Part shown: one piece after another, positions 31,142 through 41,437 of the stretch
Layout: every line of letters begins with the position of its first letter
Numbering within the stretch: the stretch's first letter is position 1
From: Nitrospirota bacterium
Lineage (GTDB): Bacteria > Nitrospirota > UBA9217
DNA: 64,000 bases
Direction: 5' to 3'
Assembly: GCA_963840455.1 (NCBI GenBank)
Contig: CAWIYV010000011.1
Location: forward strand, 256,001-320,000
The notes under the pieces: generated by a model
Databases searched by the model: none
Seen by the model: the letters and a program-made list of their open reading frames with translations, nothing else
What the model was told of the DNA's origin: nothing
Made by a program: the position numbers and the translations under genes

Positions 31142-33022
31142 CTACTTGAGCTCCAGGACTACATCGTTCGCGGCCTTGAGGGCGGGATTTGACGTGAACA
31201 GGATCACCTGGGTCTTCGTACCCAGGACCCGGAGAAGATGACAGGCGGCCTGCTGCCGGGCGGGGTCCATGCCAATGAAGGGATCGTCAAGGATGAAGGG
31301 GATCCTCCGCTTGCCCGCGATGGCCTCGACCAGCCCCGCACGCAGGCAGAAGCAGACCATCTCCCGCGTGCCGTGGCTCAATGTGCCATAGGCGAGCTTC
31401 GCACCATGCTTGTCGTGAACGAGGGGCAAACCGTCAGGACCTACTTCGACCCTGACATACTTCCCTGCGCTCACCGTCAGCAGGTTCCGCTGCGCAGCGC
31501 TTTCCACGGCCGGAACCAGTGTTTCTATTTCAATGCCGCTCACGCGGCTCGCCACGGCGATCTCGGCGAGGACGTTCATGCCGGCCCCCGCAGGCTGCGT
31601 CGGCATGACCTCTCCACGCATATCCAGGCCCGAGAACTCCAGGTCCGGCGCGGCCTGAGCATGCTCCGCTTCAACCCGCTCGATCTCCTGCCGCACGCTG
31701 TAGGTGTCAACGGCATTGTGGGCGAGGGCCTTCGCCGCCTTATCAAGCACCGCGACCTCCTCCTGCTGCTTTGCCAGCTCCGCCTTCAAGTCGTCGACAT
31801 TCACGCCGCCCGTCATCAGCTGCTGCTGTTCCTTGAGGTCATGGTACATGGACTGGAAATAACGGTAGTTGTCGGCCTTCTCCTTGAGCTCCGAAGCGGA
31901 CTTTGTATCCGTGGCTTTCATGAACTTCATGATGGTCGCACCGCTGTCCTGGAACTTCTTCTCGATCTCGGCGCGCTCCTTCACGAGGCCGTCGATCTCC
32001 TTCTGGACCTCCGTGCGCTGCGAATTCTTGCGGGAACTGTTGTACCAGCCGGCGGCGATCAGCAGGAGCGCCGCGAGGACGCCGATGGGGAAGTAGATTT
32101 CCGAACCTTCGAGCGGAAACAGGCCGGACAGGAGCGCCAGGCCGCCGATGGCGACGCCGGCGAGGAAAAGCTTGTCCATCACGAGGTTCGCCTGCGGGAT
32201 TGCGTCGCGCTGCATCGTGAGCGACTCGATGTCCTGCGCCAGCTCCTCGGTCTTCACCATCTTCTCGCCCTGGTCGCGTTCGTGGGCGCTGATCAGGTCG
32301 GGAAGGTTCTCGGGAAGCGTTTCGCAGGCCTTGAGGTTCTCGATCTCCGCCGCGAGTTCCTCCATGCGCTTCCATGCGTCCGTCATGCTCTCCAGCTTCT
32401 TCGCGATCTCGCCCAGCCTGATCTTCGCGGCGTCAAGTTTGTACTCCGCGTCGGCAGCTTCCTCGGCCTTCCGCATGGTCTCGCGGAGCTCGGCGAGCCG
32501 CGCTTCGTGGCCGGACGACCTCCCGGCAGGGGGTGCAGGCCTTCCCTTGGCAGCGGGCGGGTTAGCCGGCAGGTTGTGGGTCGCCTGGCCGGAGCATGCC
32601 TCGCGCCGGAACGCGAACAGCCGTCCGTAGTCCTCCTCGGAGATGCCGGGCATGAGGCCCGCCATGAACTGGGAAGTCGTGTCCCAGTCCTTGTGCATGA
32701 GCGTGAACTCTTTCGTGCCGGGATTGTACTTGGAAAGATTGACGGCGCGTTTCGAAAAGTCCTGGATCACCCGGTAGTAGGAGCTGTCATCCGAAAAGAC
32801 CACCAGCGCGCCGCGGGAGGCGTCGGGTACGATGCGGGAGACCAGCAACTCCATCTTGCCCCGATGGTTGACCGGGTTGAGAAGGCGAATGATCGTGTCG
32901 ACGGCCGTCGTCTTGCCGGCCTCGTTGCCGGCGGCGACGAAATTGAAACCGCCCTGGAACCGCACGCGCGCCAGCTCTTGAAAGCCGCGTATTCCCTGCA
33001 ACACCAGTTCCACCAGGAACAT
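31142..33022 (-). CDS. SMC/Rad50-like split ABC ATPase (YhaN-like) with coiled coil and two TM helices
   Basis: N-terminal Walker A GNEAGKTT; coiled coils; central hydrophobic hairpin; C-terminal LSHGT signature, FILDDPF Walker B, QVILFT. Confidence 0.8.
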   Translation of the reverse strand: MFLVELVLQGIRGFQELARVRFQGGFNFVAAGNEAGKTTAVDTIIRLLNPVNHRGKMELLVSRIVPDASRGALVVFSDDSSYYRVIQDFSKRAVNLSKYNPGTKEFTLMHKDWDTTSQFMAGLMPGISEEDYGRLFAFRREACSGQATHNLPANPPAAKGRPAPPAGRSSGHEARLAELRETMRKAEEAADAEYKLDAAKIRLGEIAKKLESMTDAWKRMEELAAEIENLKACETLPENLPDLISAHERDQGEKMVKTEELAQDIESLTMQRDAIPQANLVMDKLFLAGVAIGGLALLSGLFPLEGSEIYFPIGVLAALLLIAAGWYNSSRKNSQRTEVQKEIDGLVKERAEIEKKFQDSGATIMKFMKATDTKSASELKEKADNYRYFQSMYHDLKEQQQLMTGGVNVDDLKAELAKQQEEVAVLDKAAKALAHNAVDTYSVRQEIERVEAEHAQAAPDLEFSGLDMRGEVMPTQPAGAGMNVLAEIAVASRVSGIEIETLVPAVESAAQRNLLTVSAGKYVRVEVGPDGLPLVHDKHGAKLAYGTLSHGTREMVCFCLRAGLVEAIAGKRRIPFILDDPFIGMDPARQQAACHLLRVLGTKTQVILFTSNPALKAANDVVLELK

Positions 33023-33106
33023 ATCTCGTGCTCCTTTCCTGCCGTATACTTGATTGATAACTATAGCGCAAGTGAGAAAAATGTGCAACAGGGGAAATTT
33101 GTTATA

Positions 33107-34627
33107 TCACAATTTTTCAAGTGCATTCGCCAGGGCCTCGGCTTTTTCAAGGGTCTCGGCATACTCCCGCGCCGGATCGGAGTCGGCCACGATCCCTGCG
33201 CCCGTCTGGACGTAGGCGACGCCGTCCTTGATGATGAAAGTCCTGATGATGATGTTCAGGTCCAGGTCGCCGTTGTTCGCGAGATACCCCAGTGATCCGG
33301 TGTAGAGCCCGCGCGCCACAGGCTCCAGCTCGTCGATGATCTCCATACATCGCACCTTGGGCACGCCCGTGATGGTCCCGCCCGGGAACGCGGCGCGGAT
33401 GAGGTCGAAGCCGTCCCTCCCCGGCGCCAGTTCGCCCCGCACGTTCGACACGATATGGATCACGTGGGAATAGTCCTCGACCACCATCAGCTCGTCCACG
33501 GAAACGGTCCCGTAGGCGCACACCTTGCCGAGGTCGTTCCGCTCGAGGTCCAGCAGCATGATGTGCTCGGCCCGTTCCTTTTCGTTCGTCAGGAGCTCGG
33601 CGGTGAGGTCCCGCGTCTCTGAGAAGTCCCGCCCTCGCCGCCGCGTCCCCGCAATGGGCCGGGTATCGGCGATGCGCCCCGTGAGCCGCACCAGCCTCTC
33701 CGGCGAAGAGCTGACGACCGTGAGGCCGTCGAACTCGGCGTAGGCCGCAAAGGGGGAAGGATTGATCGCGCGCAGGACCGCGTAGAGACCAAGCGGATCG
33801 AGGCCGCCGATCACCGCCGAGAACCGCTGGGACAGGTTCGCCTGGTAGATGTCGCCGGCCGCGATGTACTCCTTGCATCGCCGCACCATGGACTCGAAGC
33901 GTTGCTGCGTCAAAGAAGGCTCGAGGCGGACACGGGGGGATGCGCTCTGCTCCGGCAAGGACCGATGACCGGCACGTGCTACAAGCTTTTCGGCGGCTCC
34001 TGTCAGCCGCTCCGCCGCCTCATCGTACAATCTCCCCCACTGGTCCGGCTCGGGTTTCCGGAAGCCCATCTCCTGCTCCCGCGCCCCGGGGTTCACGATC
34101 ACCCATACCCTGCCCGCCAGGTGGTCGAAGGCGACCACCAGGTCCACGAACAGGAAGCACGCCTCGGGGGTCCCGAGGTCGTCCAGTGCCGTCCGCGGAA
34201 GCTTTTCGATCTGGTGGACGAACTCGTATGAGAAGAAGCCCACGGCCCCTCCCGTGAAGGGAGGCAGTCCCTCAACTCGCTCCGTGCGGTAGTTCGCCAT
34301 CAGTTCGCGGAGCTTCGGGAGCGGCTTACGCTTCAGAGAGGCGCGTTTGCCGTATTTGCCCTGCGGGGCTACCGTCCAATTCAGGTCCACCGTATCACCG
34401 TGTGACCGGAAGATGAGGTAGGGGTCCGCGGTCACGAAGGAGTACTGTCCCGTTCTCCCGTTGACCCGGGCGCTCTCCAGGAGCACGGGATGACCGAGCG
34501 GACGCAGGGCGTGCACGGCGGAAAGCGGCGTGACCGCAGCCACGTCAAGCTCTGCATGCAGCGGAATGATCCTGCCGTTACTTACCGCGGTCAGGAACTC
34601 TTCCCGTGATGGCGTGATCTTCTTCAT
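33107..34627 (-). CDS. Chorismate-utilising enzyme (anthranilate synthase component I / PabB family)
   Basis: LLES, GGAVGFFSYE, GDIYQANLS, SSSPE, RPIAGT, DLERNDL, PGGTITGVPK; PIAGT rather than PIKGT leans towards TrpE. Confidence 0.88.
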   Translation of the reverse strand: MKKITPSREEFLTAVSNGRIIPLHAELDVAAVTPLSAVHALRPLGHPVLLESARVNGRTGQYSFVTADPYLIFRSHGDTVDLNWTVAPQGKYGKRASLKRKPLPKLRELMANYRTERVEGLPPFTGGAVGFFSYEFVHQIEKLPRTALDDLGTPEACFLFVDLVVAFDHLAGRVWVIVNPGAREQEMGFRKPEPDQWGRLYDEAAERLTGAAEKLVARAGHRSLPEQSASPRVRLEPSLTQQRFESMVRRCKEYIAAGDIYQANLSQRFSAVIGGLDPLGLYAVLRAINPSPFAAYAEFDGLTVVSSSPERLVRLTGRIADTRPIAGTRRRGRDFSETRDLTAELLTNEKERAEHIMLLDLERNDLGKVCAYGTVSVDELMVVEDYSHVIHIVSNVRGELAPGRDGFDLIRAAFPGGTITGVPKVRCMEIIDELEPVARGLYTGSLGYLANNGDLDLNIIIRTFIIKDGVAYVQTGAGIVADSDPAREYAETLEKAEALANALEKL

Positions 34628-34761
34628 ACAATCAGCAGTTATCAACATCCTCTGCGAAGAACAGGATATCTGCCCGATAAAGTTAAAAAAGTGTAGACAC
34701 AATTCCCGGGGGGGTCAAGGAATATTTATTTAAGAATTATTCTTATGAACTTGACAGGGTG

Positions 34762-34770
34762 TGCTATACT
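34762..34770 (+). promoter_or_regulatory. Extended -10 promoter upstream of the ncRNA candidate
   Basis: TG-c-TATACT; a divergent TTGACC-17-TACACT serves the trpE/pabB gene. Confidence 0.5.
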
Positions 34771-34807
34771 ATGTTCAGGAAGAGAGCAGAGCAGAATCCC
34801 GGTCTTT

Positions 34808-35144
34808 GAAATAGACAAGTGAAAGAGGCGTTGCCGAACCAACACCCTAGCGTGTATATAGGTAACCCGTTAAAAGGGGAATAAAGCAGCGGAAGAACGG
34901 ATACCGAAGCCGGAAAGCGGACCGCAATTTGAGCGGTAAGACTGCCGGTATGGGTTCCACGGGTCCGCAAAGCCGTATTAGCTGATATCCCCGAAGCCCC
35001 GGCGTGGCGGGAGTTAAGCAGCATGCTTCACCGGTCCTGCAGGGCAGGACCATCGAAGTGGTCGTAGAGTACCCCGAGCCGCCGGGACTCAACGGAATGC
35101 AACCAATCGGTTCGGTGGCAACGCCTTTTTTATTTGTCTATTTT
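34808..35144 (+). ncRNA. Unidentified structured non-coding RNA (~340 nt)
   Basis: 28-bp closing stem 34808-34835/35117-35144 (24 WC + 4 G-U) plus at least 8 nested internal helices; no credible ORF. Confidence 0.75.
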
Positions 35145-35173
35145 CTTCTCACTGTTCCACATCCCTCATGCAT

Positions 35174-35202
35174 TTGACAGCCGCCGCTTCTCCTGCTATC
35201 AT
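35174..35202 (+). promoter_or_regulatory. sigma70 promoter of glgC
   Basis: TTGACA-17-TATCAT. Confidence 0.7.
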
Positions 35203-35247
35203 TTTTTTGTTACTTTCTGATATTCCCTATACGGCTAAGGAAGAACC

Positions 35248-36498
<1,251 letters not shown>

Positions 36499-36536
36499 AG
36501 CTCACCAACCCCTGCATCACCCGCTTCACGTGATCC

Positions 36537-37907
36537 TCACTTCGACAGCCCCAGCTTCTTCCTCAGCGTCAGCCGGTTGATGCCCAGCAGGCGCGCCGCC
36601 TCGGACTGATTCTCCCGCGCATGCGCAAGCGCGTATTCCAGGAGATGTTTGTCGACCTCGGCGTGCACCTTTTCATAAAGGTTCTTCTCCTTCCGCTGCA
36701 GCGCATCCTTCACAAAGGGGACCACCGCAGATGCAAGGGCGCCCGCGTGCCCCTGCTCCGGCCTCGTGAGGGAATGGGCGCCCAGGTCCCTGAGCTCATA
36801 GGTGGTGAGATACTCGGTCTTGCACAGTGCGATGGCGGAGCGGAGCGTATTCTCGAGCTCGCGGATGTTGCCGGGCCAGTCATAGGCAAGCAGGCCGTCG
36901 AGGAACGCCCTGGTCACGCCCTTGATCGCTTTCTGCGCCGTGTGGGCGTGCCGGTAGAACAGGCACTGCACCAGCGGGGCGATGTCCTTCTTCCGCTCCC
37001 GGAGCGGCGGGACATGGATCGACGCAACGCGCAGCCGATGGTACAGGTCCTCCCGGAACTTCCCCTCCCGCACCATGGCGGCCAGGTCCCGGTTCGTCGC
37101 CGAGATCACCCGGACGTTCACCTGCACCTCCTTCGTGCTCCCCACGGGATAGAAGGACTGCGTTTGCAGGAACCGGAGGAGCTTCCCCTGGAGCGGCAGC
37201 GGCAGTTCCCCCACCTCGTCGAAGAACACGCATCCGTTGTCGGCGGTCCTGAGCATGCCCTCCTTCGACGCCACGGCGCCGGTAAAGGCGCCGCGCTCGT
37301 AGCCGAAGAGCTCGGATTCGAGCAGCGCCTCGGGCACGGCCGCAGAGTTGATCACCACGAAGGGCTTGCCGAACCGGGACGACAGCTGGGCGATGGCCTC
37401 GGCCACCAGTTCCTTCCCGGTTCCCGTCTCTCCGGTGACCAGCACGGGCACCTCCACCTGGGCGATGCGCGCCACCTTCTCGCAGAGGCTCATGATCAGC
37501 GTCGAACGGCCGACGATGACACATGTTGCCGCAGGCGCGATGAGGTCCTTATCGATCAGGACCACATGCGCCATTTCCGCCCGCAGGTCATTGAGCTCGG
37601 TCAGGACCCGATCGATCCGCTCCTTGTGGAGCGGGCGCCGCATGATCTCGTAAGCCCCGAAGGTCGCGGCCTCCATGACCGGCCCGGTCCGCTCCTGCTC
37701 CGTAAGCGCGATGACAAAGGTCTTTCCAGCATATTCCCGTACCTGCTCTGCTCCGGCGGTATCGATGTCGACGAACACGAACGGTCCGCCACCCTCCGCC
37801 GCTGCCGGCCCGGGCTTGGCAATGACGACCTTGTAGCCCTTTGGAAGCAGCTGCGGGAACTCCCTGGCGAGAATGTGGTCCGACGTTACGAGCAGCATGG
37901 TCTGCAT
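36537..37907 (-). CDS. sigma54-dependent enhancer-binding protein with a degenerate receiver domain
   Basis: GETGTGKE, ESELFGYERGAFTGA, FREDLYHRL, WPGNIREL, Fis-type HTH; the N-terminus lacks the acidic DD pair. Confidence 0.92.
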   Translation of the reverse strand: MQTMLLVTSDHILAREFPQLLPKGYKVVIAKPGPAAAEGGGPFVFVDIDTAGAEQVREYAGKTFVIALTEQERTGPVMEAATFGAYEIMRRPLHKERIDRVLTELNDLRAEMAHVVLIDKDLIAPAATCVIVGRSTLIMSLCEKVARIAQVEVPVLVTGETGTGKELVAEAIAQLSSRFGKPFVVINSAAVPEALLESELFGYERGAFTGAVASKEGMLRTADNGCVFFDEVGELPLPLQGKLLRFLQTQSFYPVGSTKEVQVNVRVISATNRDLAAMVREGKFREDLYHRLRVASIHVPPLRERKKDIAPLVQCLFYRHAHTAQKAIKGVTRAFLDGLLAYDWPGNIRELENTLRSAIALCKTEYLTTYELRDLGAHSLTRPEQGHAGALASAVVPFVKDALQRKEKNLYEKVHAEVDKHLLEYALAHARENQSEAARLLGINRLTLRKKLGLSK

Positions 37908-38006
37908 AAGAACACCTCTGTATATTTAATAAACAACTTGTATACATATAAACCACAAGGACTGTCCTGTCAATGGGAAACGCCCGATTTCCTGCCCTTT
38001 TCGCCC

Positions 38007-38022
38007 TGGCACGAGGCTTGCT
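38007..38022 (+). promoter_or_regulatory. sigma54 promoter of the sulfite-reductase-like gene
   Basis: TGGCACGAGGCTTGCT, close match to TGGCAC-N5-TTGC. Confidence 0.85.
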
Positions 38023-38130
38023 ATATATCCGGCGAGAACAGCGATAGCGCGTGGCAGGTCTTTTCTCTCCCCTTGGACCTGCCCCGCGCCTTTCGCCTGA
38101 TCCTTATCGCATCCTGCGAGGTGAACAGTC

Positions 38131-39288
38131 ATGAGCGAACTTGCCATCGAAAGAAAAGTGGATCTCGACGAGCTCAAGCGTGTCGGCATTATTGCGCAGA
38201 ACCAGAAGGACACCTACCTTATCCGGCTCAGGACCGTGGGCGGCGATTTGGGCGCTGATGAGCTAAAGACTATTACCCGCGTGGCAGAAAAGTACGGCCG
38301 CGGCGAGGTCCACCTCACGACGCGCCAGGCCGTGGAGATCCCCTTCGTGCATATCGATGATCTCGAAGCGGCGCGCACTGAGCTCGAGGAGAACGGCATC
38401 GTGCTCGGCGTATGCGGCCCACGGGGCCGCGGCATCGTGACCTGCCCTGGCACGGCGGTCTGCACATCGGCCATCATGGAGACCAAGGAGCTGGCCGCGG
38501 AGCTCGACAGCGCCTACTTCCGCCAGCCCGCTCCGCACAAGTTCAAGATCGGCGTCTCGGGCTGCCCGAACAGCTGCTCCAAGCCCATCGAGAACGACAT
38601 CGGCGTCATGGGCGGCGTCCTGCCCGGATGGGACAGGGACGCCTGCATCTCCTGCCGGCTCTGCGTCAGCATCTGCCCGGTCAATGCCATTGAGGAGAAG
38701 GACTCGGCGTTCGTCCTGAACGAGAAGAAGTGCATCTACTGCGGCCTTTGCATCAAGAACTGCTCGACCTCGGCATGGACAGCGAAGCAGACCGGCTACA
38801 CCCTGTTCCTTGGCGGCACCTTGGGCAAGAAGCCCAGGCTCGGCACGCGGGCGAAGGTCCTGATCGAAACAAAAGAAGAGCTCCTCGGGCATATTGAGAG
38901 CGCCTTCAAGTTCTATCTAGCGCACGGGAAGAAGAAGGAGCGCTTTGGCCACACCCTGGACCGCATCGGCGTTGACAAGGCCATAGCCGATATCTTTTCT
39001 AAAAAGGGCGGGGCTAATACCTCGGCTGACGCGCCACAGACCGCCTGCGGGCCGAAGAGCGCATTCCTCGACCTCCTCGGCGTCTGCTGCCCCATGAACT
39101 TCGTGCGAGCAAAGCTCGCCATCGAGAAGATAGATCCCGGCGAACGGCTCGAGATCCTGCTCGACGATGGAGAACCGATCGTCAACGTGAGCAGGAGTCT
39201 GAAGGACGAGGGGCACCGGGTCCTGAAGGTGGAGCCGGAGAACGGCCACTTCCGGCTGCTGGTAGAAAAACGGCAAGCATACGCATGA
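38131..39288 (+). CDS. Siroheme sulfite/nitrite reductase-like protein with a 2x[4Fe-4S] ferredoxin, fused to a C-terminal TusA/SirA sulfur carrier
   Basis: LTTRQ, CPGTAVC, SGCPNSC; CISCRLCVSICP and CIYCGLCIKNC; C-terminal LDLLGVCCPMNFVRAKL. Confidence 0.88.
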   Translation: MSELAIERKVDLDELKRVGIIAQNQKDTYLIRLRTVGGDLGADELKTITRVAEKYGRGEVHLTTRQAVEIPFVHIDDLEAARTELEENGIVLGVCGPRGRGIVTCPGTAVCTSAIMETKELAAELDSAYFRQPAPHKFKIGVSGCPNSCSKPIENDIGVMGGVLPGWDRDACISCRLCVSICPVNAIEEKDSAFVLNEKKCIYCGLCIKNCSTSAWTAKQTGYTLFLGGTLGKKPRLGTRAKVLIETKEELLGHIESAFKFYLAHGKKKERFGHTLDRIGVDKAIADIFSKKGGANTSADAPQTACGPKSAFLDLLGVCCPMNFVRAKLAIEKIDPGERLEILLDDGEPIVNVSRSLKDEGHRVLKVEPENGHFRLLVEKRQAYA

Positions 39289-39854
39289 TAAAAAGACGAT
39301 GGACAGCGAAGGATGCATTCTTGCCGCGGAAGCAGGAAGAGACTGACGATCCGGAGATACCCATGAAACGCCGGCTGTTCCTGTCCGGGAGCAATGCGGT
39401 CCGCCTGTTGTCAAACCTGCGCGCCGGGACAGGAATCTTCGTGCTGGCCAATGACGTGGACCGGACCCGTCGGTAAGGACCGTAGTGCGTATGTGGGCCG
39501 TGTCCTGAGGCGAGGAGGAGGTGCCGACCATTGTGCTGATACAAGCGGGAGCGCAGATGCCCTTCCTTATATAAATGGGTCTTCTCCTTCGCAAGTGGGT
39601 CGAGTATGCACGGCGATGACTTTTTCTGCACCCCGGCTCACAGGTCCGCGCAGGCATGCACTGCCGGTTCTGATACCAGGTCTATTCAGGCATCGCAGCT
39701 CTTCCCCTCGCCCGGCACAGCCGGGCTCGGCCGTGTCTGCCTGTCTTCGTGGTGGCACTGGCTATTACTGCTTCCGCATGCGTGTGCGTGGACCTGTTCA
39801 CGGGATGCAGGGGCCTTGGGAAAGGCAGAAGCTTGAGGCTTTACCCAAACCCCG

Positions 39855-40020
39855 CACGTCTCTGGAGCGGACCTATGCGTTTCTTGGGCACCCATCTTGG
39901 CCTAAGGCCGCGTCCCGCAGGGCGATGCGCATGTTCGAGGCCGACGGCCGAGTTTGCGCGATCGAGCGGACGTGGCCTTAGATGGGTCAAGAAAGGCATT
40001 AAGGACGCGAAAGAGATGTG
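39855..40020. repeat. Long imperfect palindrome (MITE/REP-like)
   Basis: ATGCgTTTCTTG..CCCATCT..AAGGCCgCGTCC ... GGACGtGGCCTT AGATGGG .CAAGAAAgGCAT; outer CACGTCTCT/AGAGATGTG. Confidence 0.7.
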
Positions 40021-40227
40021 CAAAAACATCCACAAGCAACCAGACACAATTGTCAGACACGTACTGCTCTAACAGACAAAGAGCTGTCATTTCACCCACT
40101 CAATAAGGAGAGGATCCTTATAAATCATCTAAACTCCTATACTCCGCGACGGTCCCTGTCGACCTTCCTCGATCGATCGTGTATTATGGTATATTCAATG
40201 ACAGGCGACCGGGTCGGGGGAGATGCT

Positions 40228-41388
40228 GTGGACGTCTATCTGGACAATAACGCTTCGACGAGGTTGGCTCCGGAGGTACTGGAGGCCATGCTGCCCTATC
40301 TGCGGGATCAGTACGGCAATGCCTCTTCCGCCCACTCACGGGGCCGGGAAGCGAAGAAGGCATTGGACCGCTCCCGGGAGACGCTTGCCCGCGTGCTCGG
40401 CGCATCGCAAGCAGAGTGCATCTGCTTCACCGGTTCGGGCACGGAGGCGATCAACCTGGCCATCAAGGGGGCCGCGTCCGCCCGGCGCGGGAAAGGGAAC
40501 CACATTGTCACGTCTGCCGTCGAGCATCCCGCGGTGCTGAATACCTGCAAAGCGATCCGGCCGCTCGGGTACGAAGTGACCTATGTGAAACCCGATTCGA
40601 CCGGCCGGGTCGCCGCCGGCTCCGTTGCCGAGGCGCTGAGGGCCGACACGATTCTGGTGTCGATCATGCAGGCCAATAACGAGACCGGGACCATTAATCC
40701 CGTCCGGGAGATCGGAACAATAGCGAAGGAGCGGAACGTCCTTTTTCATACCGACGCGGTTCAGAGCTTCTGCAGGCTTCCCGTCACCGTGGACGATCTG
40801 CACGTGGACCTGCTGTCGATATCGGCCCACAAGGTCCACGGCCCCAAGGGCGTGGGCGCGCTCTATATCCGGGAGGGGATCACGATCCATCCCCTGATCC
40901 ATGGCGGACGTCACGAGGGTAACCTTCGCGCCGGCACCGAGAACGTTGCGGGGATCGCCGGCATGGGCGAGGCAGTGCGGCTCAGCTGGCCGGCCCTGGA
41001 GAGGAACGGCCGCCGGATGAAGGCGCTCCGGGACAGGCTGGAGCATGGCCTGCGGGAGCGGGTCTCCGGCGTGACGCTCAACGGCCACCCGGACGAGAGG
41101 CTTCCCAATACGGTGAACCTGTCCTTCGAGAACATCGAGGCCCAGGCCTGCATCCTCGAGCTGGACCGCAGGGGAGTGGCGGTCTCGTCGGGATCGGCGT
41201 GCACCTCAGGCTCGGGTAAACCTTCCCACGTGCTTCTGGCCATGGGTATTCCCTGCGAGGCCTGCCGCGGTTCCCTCCGTTTTTCCCTGGGGACATTGAC
41301 CACCGACGAGGAGATCGATTACGTTCTTGAGATCGTGCCCGACGTCGTTTCGAAGCTGAGGGCCGCTTCGACCGCCGCAACAGCGTAA
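40228..41388 (+). CDS. iscS: Cysteine desulfurase (IscS/NifS class I)
   Basis: YLDNNAST, HTDAVQ, SAHKVHGPKG, SSGSACTS. Confidence 0.92.
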   Translation: MDVYLDNNASTRLAPEVLEAMLPYLRDQYGNASSAHSRGREAKKALDRSRETLARVLGASQAECICFTGSGTEAINLAIKGAASARRGKGNHIVTSAVEHPAVLNTCKAIRPLGYEVTYVKPDSTGRVAAGSVAEALRADTILVSIMQANNETGTINPVREIGTIAKERNVLFHTDAVQSFCRLPVTVDDLHVDLLSISAHKVHGPKGVGALYIREGITIHPLIHGGRHEGNLRAGTENVAGIAGMGEAVRLSWPALERNGRRMKALRDRLEHGLRERVSGVTLNGHPDERLPNTVNLSFENIEAQACILELDRRGVAVSSGSACTSGSGKPSHVLLAMGIPCEACRGSLRFSLGTLTTDEEIDYVLEIVPDVVSKLRAASTAATA

Positions 41389-41437
41389 ACGACGTTGATG
41401 AGATTGTCTTTTTCTCCTGGTATCATGCCTTCCACGT

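Noticed and set aside
31238-33295. 685-aa plus-strand ORF and other long antisense ORFs (e.g. 1645-3000, 36621-38258, 16682-17935)
   Set aside because: Shadow frames of real genes in GC-rich DNA, with no motifs or RBS.
34808-35144. RNase P, tmRNA, SRP, 6S, c-di-GMP-I riboswitch or CsrB identity for the ncRNA
   Set aside because: No GAGGAAAGTCC, no tRNA-like ends, no SRP CAGG..GGAA..AGCAG loop, multibranched rather than rod-like, only a partial GCAAAGCC match, and few ANGGA motifs. Judged by eye; cmscan is still needed.
39289-40200. SAM or cobalamin riboswitch, or a ThiS/MoaD carrier gene, in the sulfur-cluster gap
   Set aside because: No SAM-I or B12-box consensus and no small ORF ending in Gly-Gly was found by eye.
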